The translations under genes and the position numbers were made by a program. This document shows positions 61,873 through 64,000 of a stretch of 64,000 nucleotides of DNA, in pieces. The notes under the pieces were generated by a model. The model was not told where the DNA came from and searched no databases. It saw only the letters and a list, made by a program, of their open reading frames with translations. Source of the stretch: Mobula hypostoma (Eukaryota); the NCBI RefSeq assembly GCF_963921235.1, contig NC_086097.1, positions 158,412,001 to 158,476,000 on the forward strand. The letters run 5' to 3'. Numbering within the stretch: the stretch's first letter is position 1; the number at the start of each line of letters is the position of its first letter.

Positions 61873-64000
61873 CCTACATGGTCGGATGGTCCAGAAAGTT
61901 AAGGCATATGAAATGCAAGATGAGCTGGCTAAATTGGATGAAAAATTGGCTTGGTGGTGGGATAGTAGTGGAAGGTTGCTTTTCTGATCGGACGTCTGTG
62001 GTTAGTGTTGTAGTGCAAAGATCAATACGAGGTTTGTTGTACTGTCCTTCATGTGAATATAGGAGATATAATTGGGATTTTGCAGAAAACCTTGAAGTTA
62101 ATAGGGTTATGGATAATGATAAAAGTTGCTTAAGGCTGCAGCAGAATATCAGTCAGATGGAAAATTCGGTGAAGCATTAGCAGATGGAATTTAAACCAAG
62201 CATGTGTGGGGAGTTGCATTTTGGGAAGTCAAATAAGAATACAGTAAATGGTAGGACACCAAGGAACGTTGATGAATAGTGGGACATTGGGTTTTAAGTC
62301 CACAGTTCCATCAAAGTAGCTTCCCAGATAGTTCAGGTGCTGAAGAAGGCTTATTTTTATTCTTTGGGACGGAGAGCATAAAAAGTTGGGGCATTCTGTT
62401 ACAACTTTGCAATTTACTGGATAGATGACACCACGTGTATCACTTGCCATTCTGGTTCCCACACTATAGGGAGGATGAGATTATACTGGGGATAATGCAG
62501 AGGAGATTCACCAGAATATTGGATCGATTTAGTCATACGGAGAGATTGGATAGGCAGGGTTTGTTCTCCCTGCAGTGAAGGAGGCTAATGGGTGATCCGA
62601 TAGAGGAGTATAAAATATTAAGAGCCACAGATAAGATAGATAGTCAGAATTTCTTCCCCATGGTAAGGATGTTATTTTGCACAGAGTGCTTGATAGGTGG
62701 AACATGCCTACAGAGGAGGTGGTAGAATGAGATAGAGTTGTGCTGTTTAAGAGGCACTGAAGTAGGCTGAGCAGAGAAGAATGCAGGCCTGATGCAGGCG
62801 AATAGGATTAGTGAAGAAAATCAGCATGGATATGATGCACCAAAGAGCCTGTTTCTGTGCTGAATGATTCTTTGACTCTCAACACTTCATCTACTGACAC
62901 ACAATTAATAGGTAGCTTTGCTACTTCTTTTGGCATATTTCAGGAACATGATTGAACATTTACCACTTGACTGGAAGATTGCAGCTTCAATAACACTCAA
63001 GAAGCTGAAAATCATCCAGAACAAAGCAGATTGCTTGATTGGCATTGCACTTCATTCGCCTGTCGCTGGTACACTGTGGCTGCAGGTGCACCATCTGTAA
63101 AATACTTTGCAGTGATTTGCCTGGGTTACTTTGACAACATTTCCCATGCATGTGACTTCAACCATCAAGAAGAATAAAGGCAACAGGCCCTCTGGGACAG
63201 CTCCACCTACAGGTTCCCTTCCAAATTGCACTTCATGCTGATGTGGAAAAGTGTAACTATTCCTTCAGCACTTCAGGGTTGAAATCTCTTAATTCTTTAC
63301 CTCAAACCACCAGGAAAGTACCCTCAGCAGAAGGATTGCAGGACAGATCTTTCACTACCACCACTTCAAGTGCAGTTTGGGATGGGTAGTAAACTCTGGC
63401 CTTGCCAATGATACCCGTATCCTGAAAGACCGATTAAGGCTACTGAAGACACTGTTCCTTTATTCAGCATGGGATGAAGTGCAAAATATTGAAAAAAAGA
63501 AACATTGCCATCTGATTATTAAGTAGCCTAGGGCTACCGAGGTCTCATTTTTTCTTGTATACATAAGTTTAAGTGTGGTATTAATCAAGAGCATTTGAAG
63601 TTACATAGCTTAGTTATGGATTAAATTATGGAAAGACCTCTGTGTCTTTCAGCTTCAGGGGCTGATGTGCTGTAATTGCAAATTAGGTTTATGGTGGAAT
63701 ACATTGCAGAGTAATATGGCAATGTGCAGGGTAAAATGAAGGACAGGTTTATATTATTGAAAGCCCCTCCTATAAAAAAAGCCTACGGCCCATTTTCAGA
63801 AAGTGTAGTTTTTATTACAATTTAATGCTGGATCAGTTCCTAACACATCAAAAAAGTATCTGCAAAAGAAGCAGATGGCATCCACAGAGCTGTAGCAAAT
63901 TGTAGGCATCATGTTTTTTGTACTAAACCTGACAATGATGTCATTTCTGAGGGAAGAAGTCAGATCACAATTCCCTGCCTGATCTATGAGATAAATATAT

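Larger units (their letters stand above)
60050..62880 (+). mobile_element. Old CR1 LINE relic with nested hAT MITEs and a SINE
   Basis: WRVANFVPLFK..KPSNYRLASLTSVV, CLINVIELFEEVT; tail gcctgtttctgtgctg. Confidence 0.85.

Noticed and set aside
1..64000. Prokaryotic-type systems (CRISPR arrays, operons, retrons)
   Set aside because: The sequence is vertebrate intronic DNA; there are no regularly spaced repeat-spacer arrays, and all RT motifs belong to CR1, Rex1, PLE or Gypsy.

Overview
Eukaryotic, AT-rich, repeat-dense vertebrate DNA. The repeat complement (CR1 with esterase ORF1, Rex1/Babar, Neptune-like Penelope elements, V-SINE-like SINEs, Tc1, Gypsy) suggests a cartilaginous fish, probably a ray; this is inference. 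The window is almost entirely intron of a plus-strand TSNARE1/STX12-like syntaxin gene. Two consecutive coding exons are visible (31903-31980 and 55609-55678), plus a candidate ATG-bearing mini-exon (55380-55411, MSYGSVR). Nearly all ORFs in the supplied track are transposon fragments or noise. Main points of interest: (1) a young Penelope-like element with an uninterrupted 611-codon RT/GIY-YIG frame, a minimal hammerhead ribozyme and an inverted pseudo-LTR, inserted with a 13-bp TSD into a full-length CR1; (2) many short fold-back derivatives of the ribozyme-bearing terminus; (3) a tRNA-iMet + spacer + CR1-tail chimeric retrocopy inserted into the TIR of a MER2/Tigger-like MITE; (4) a Gypsy element whose TSD coincides with the likely branch point of a host exon; (5) several nested transposon stacks. 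Family names come from recalled motifs, not from database searches.
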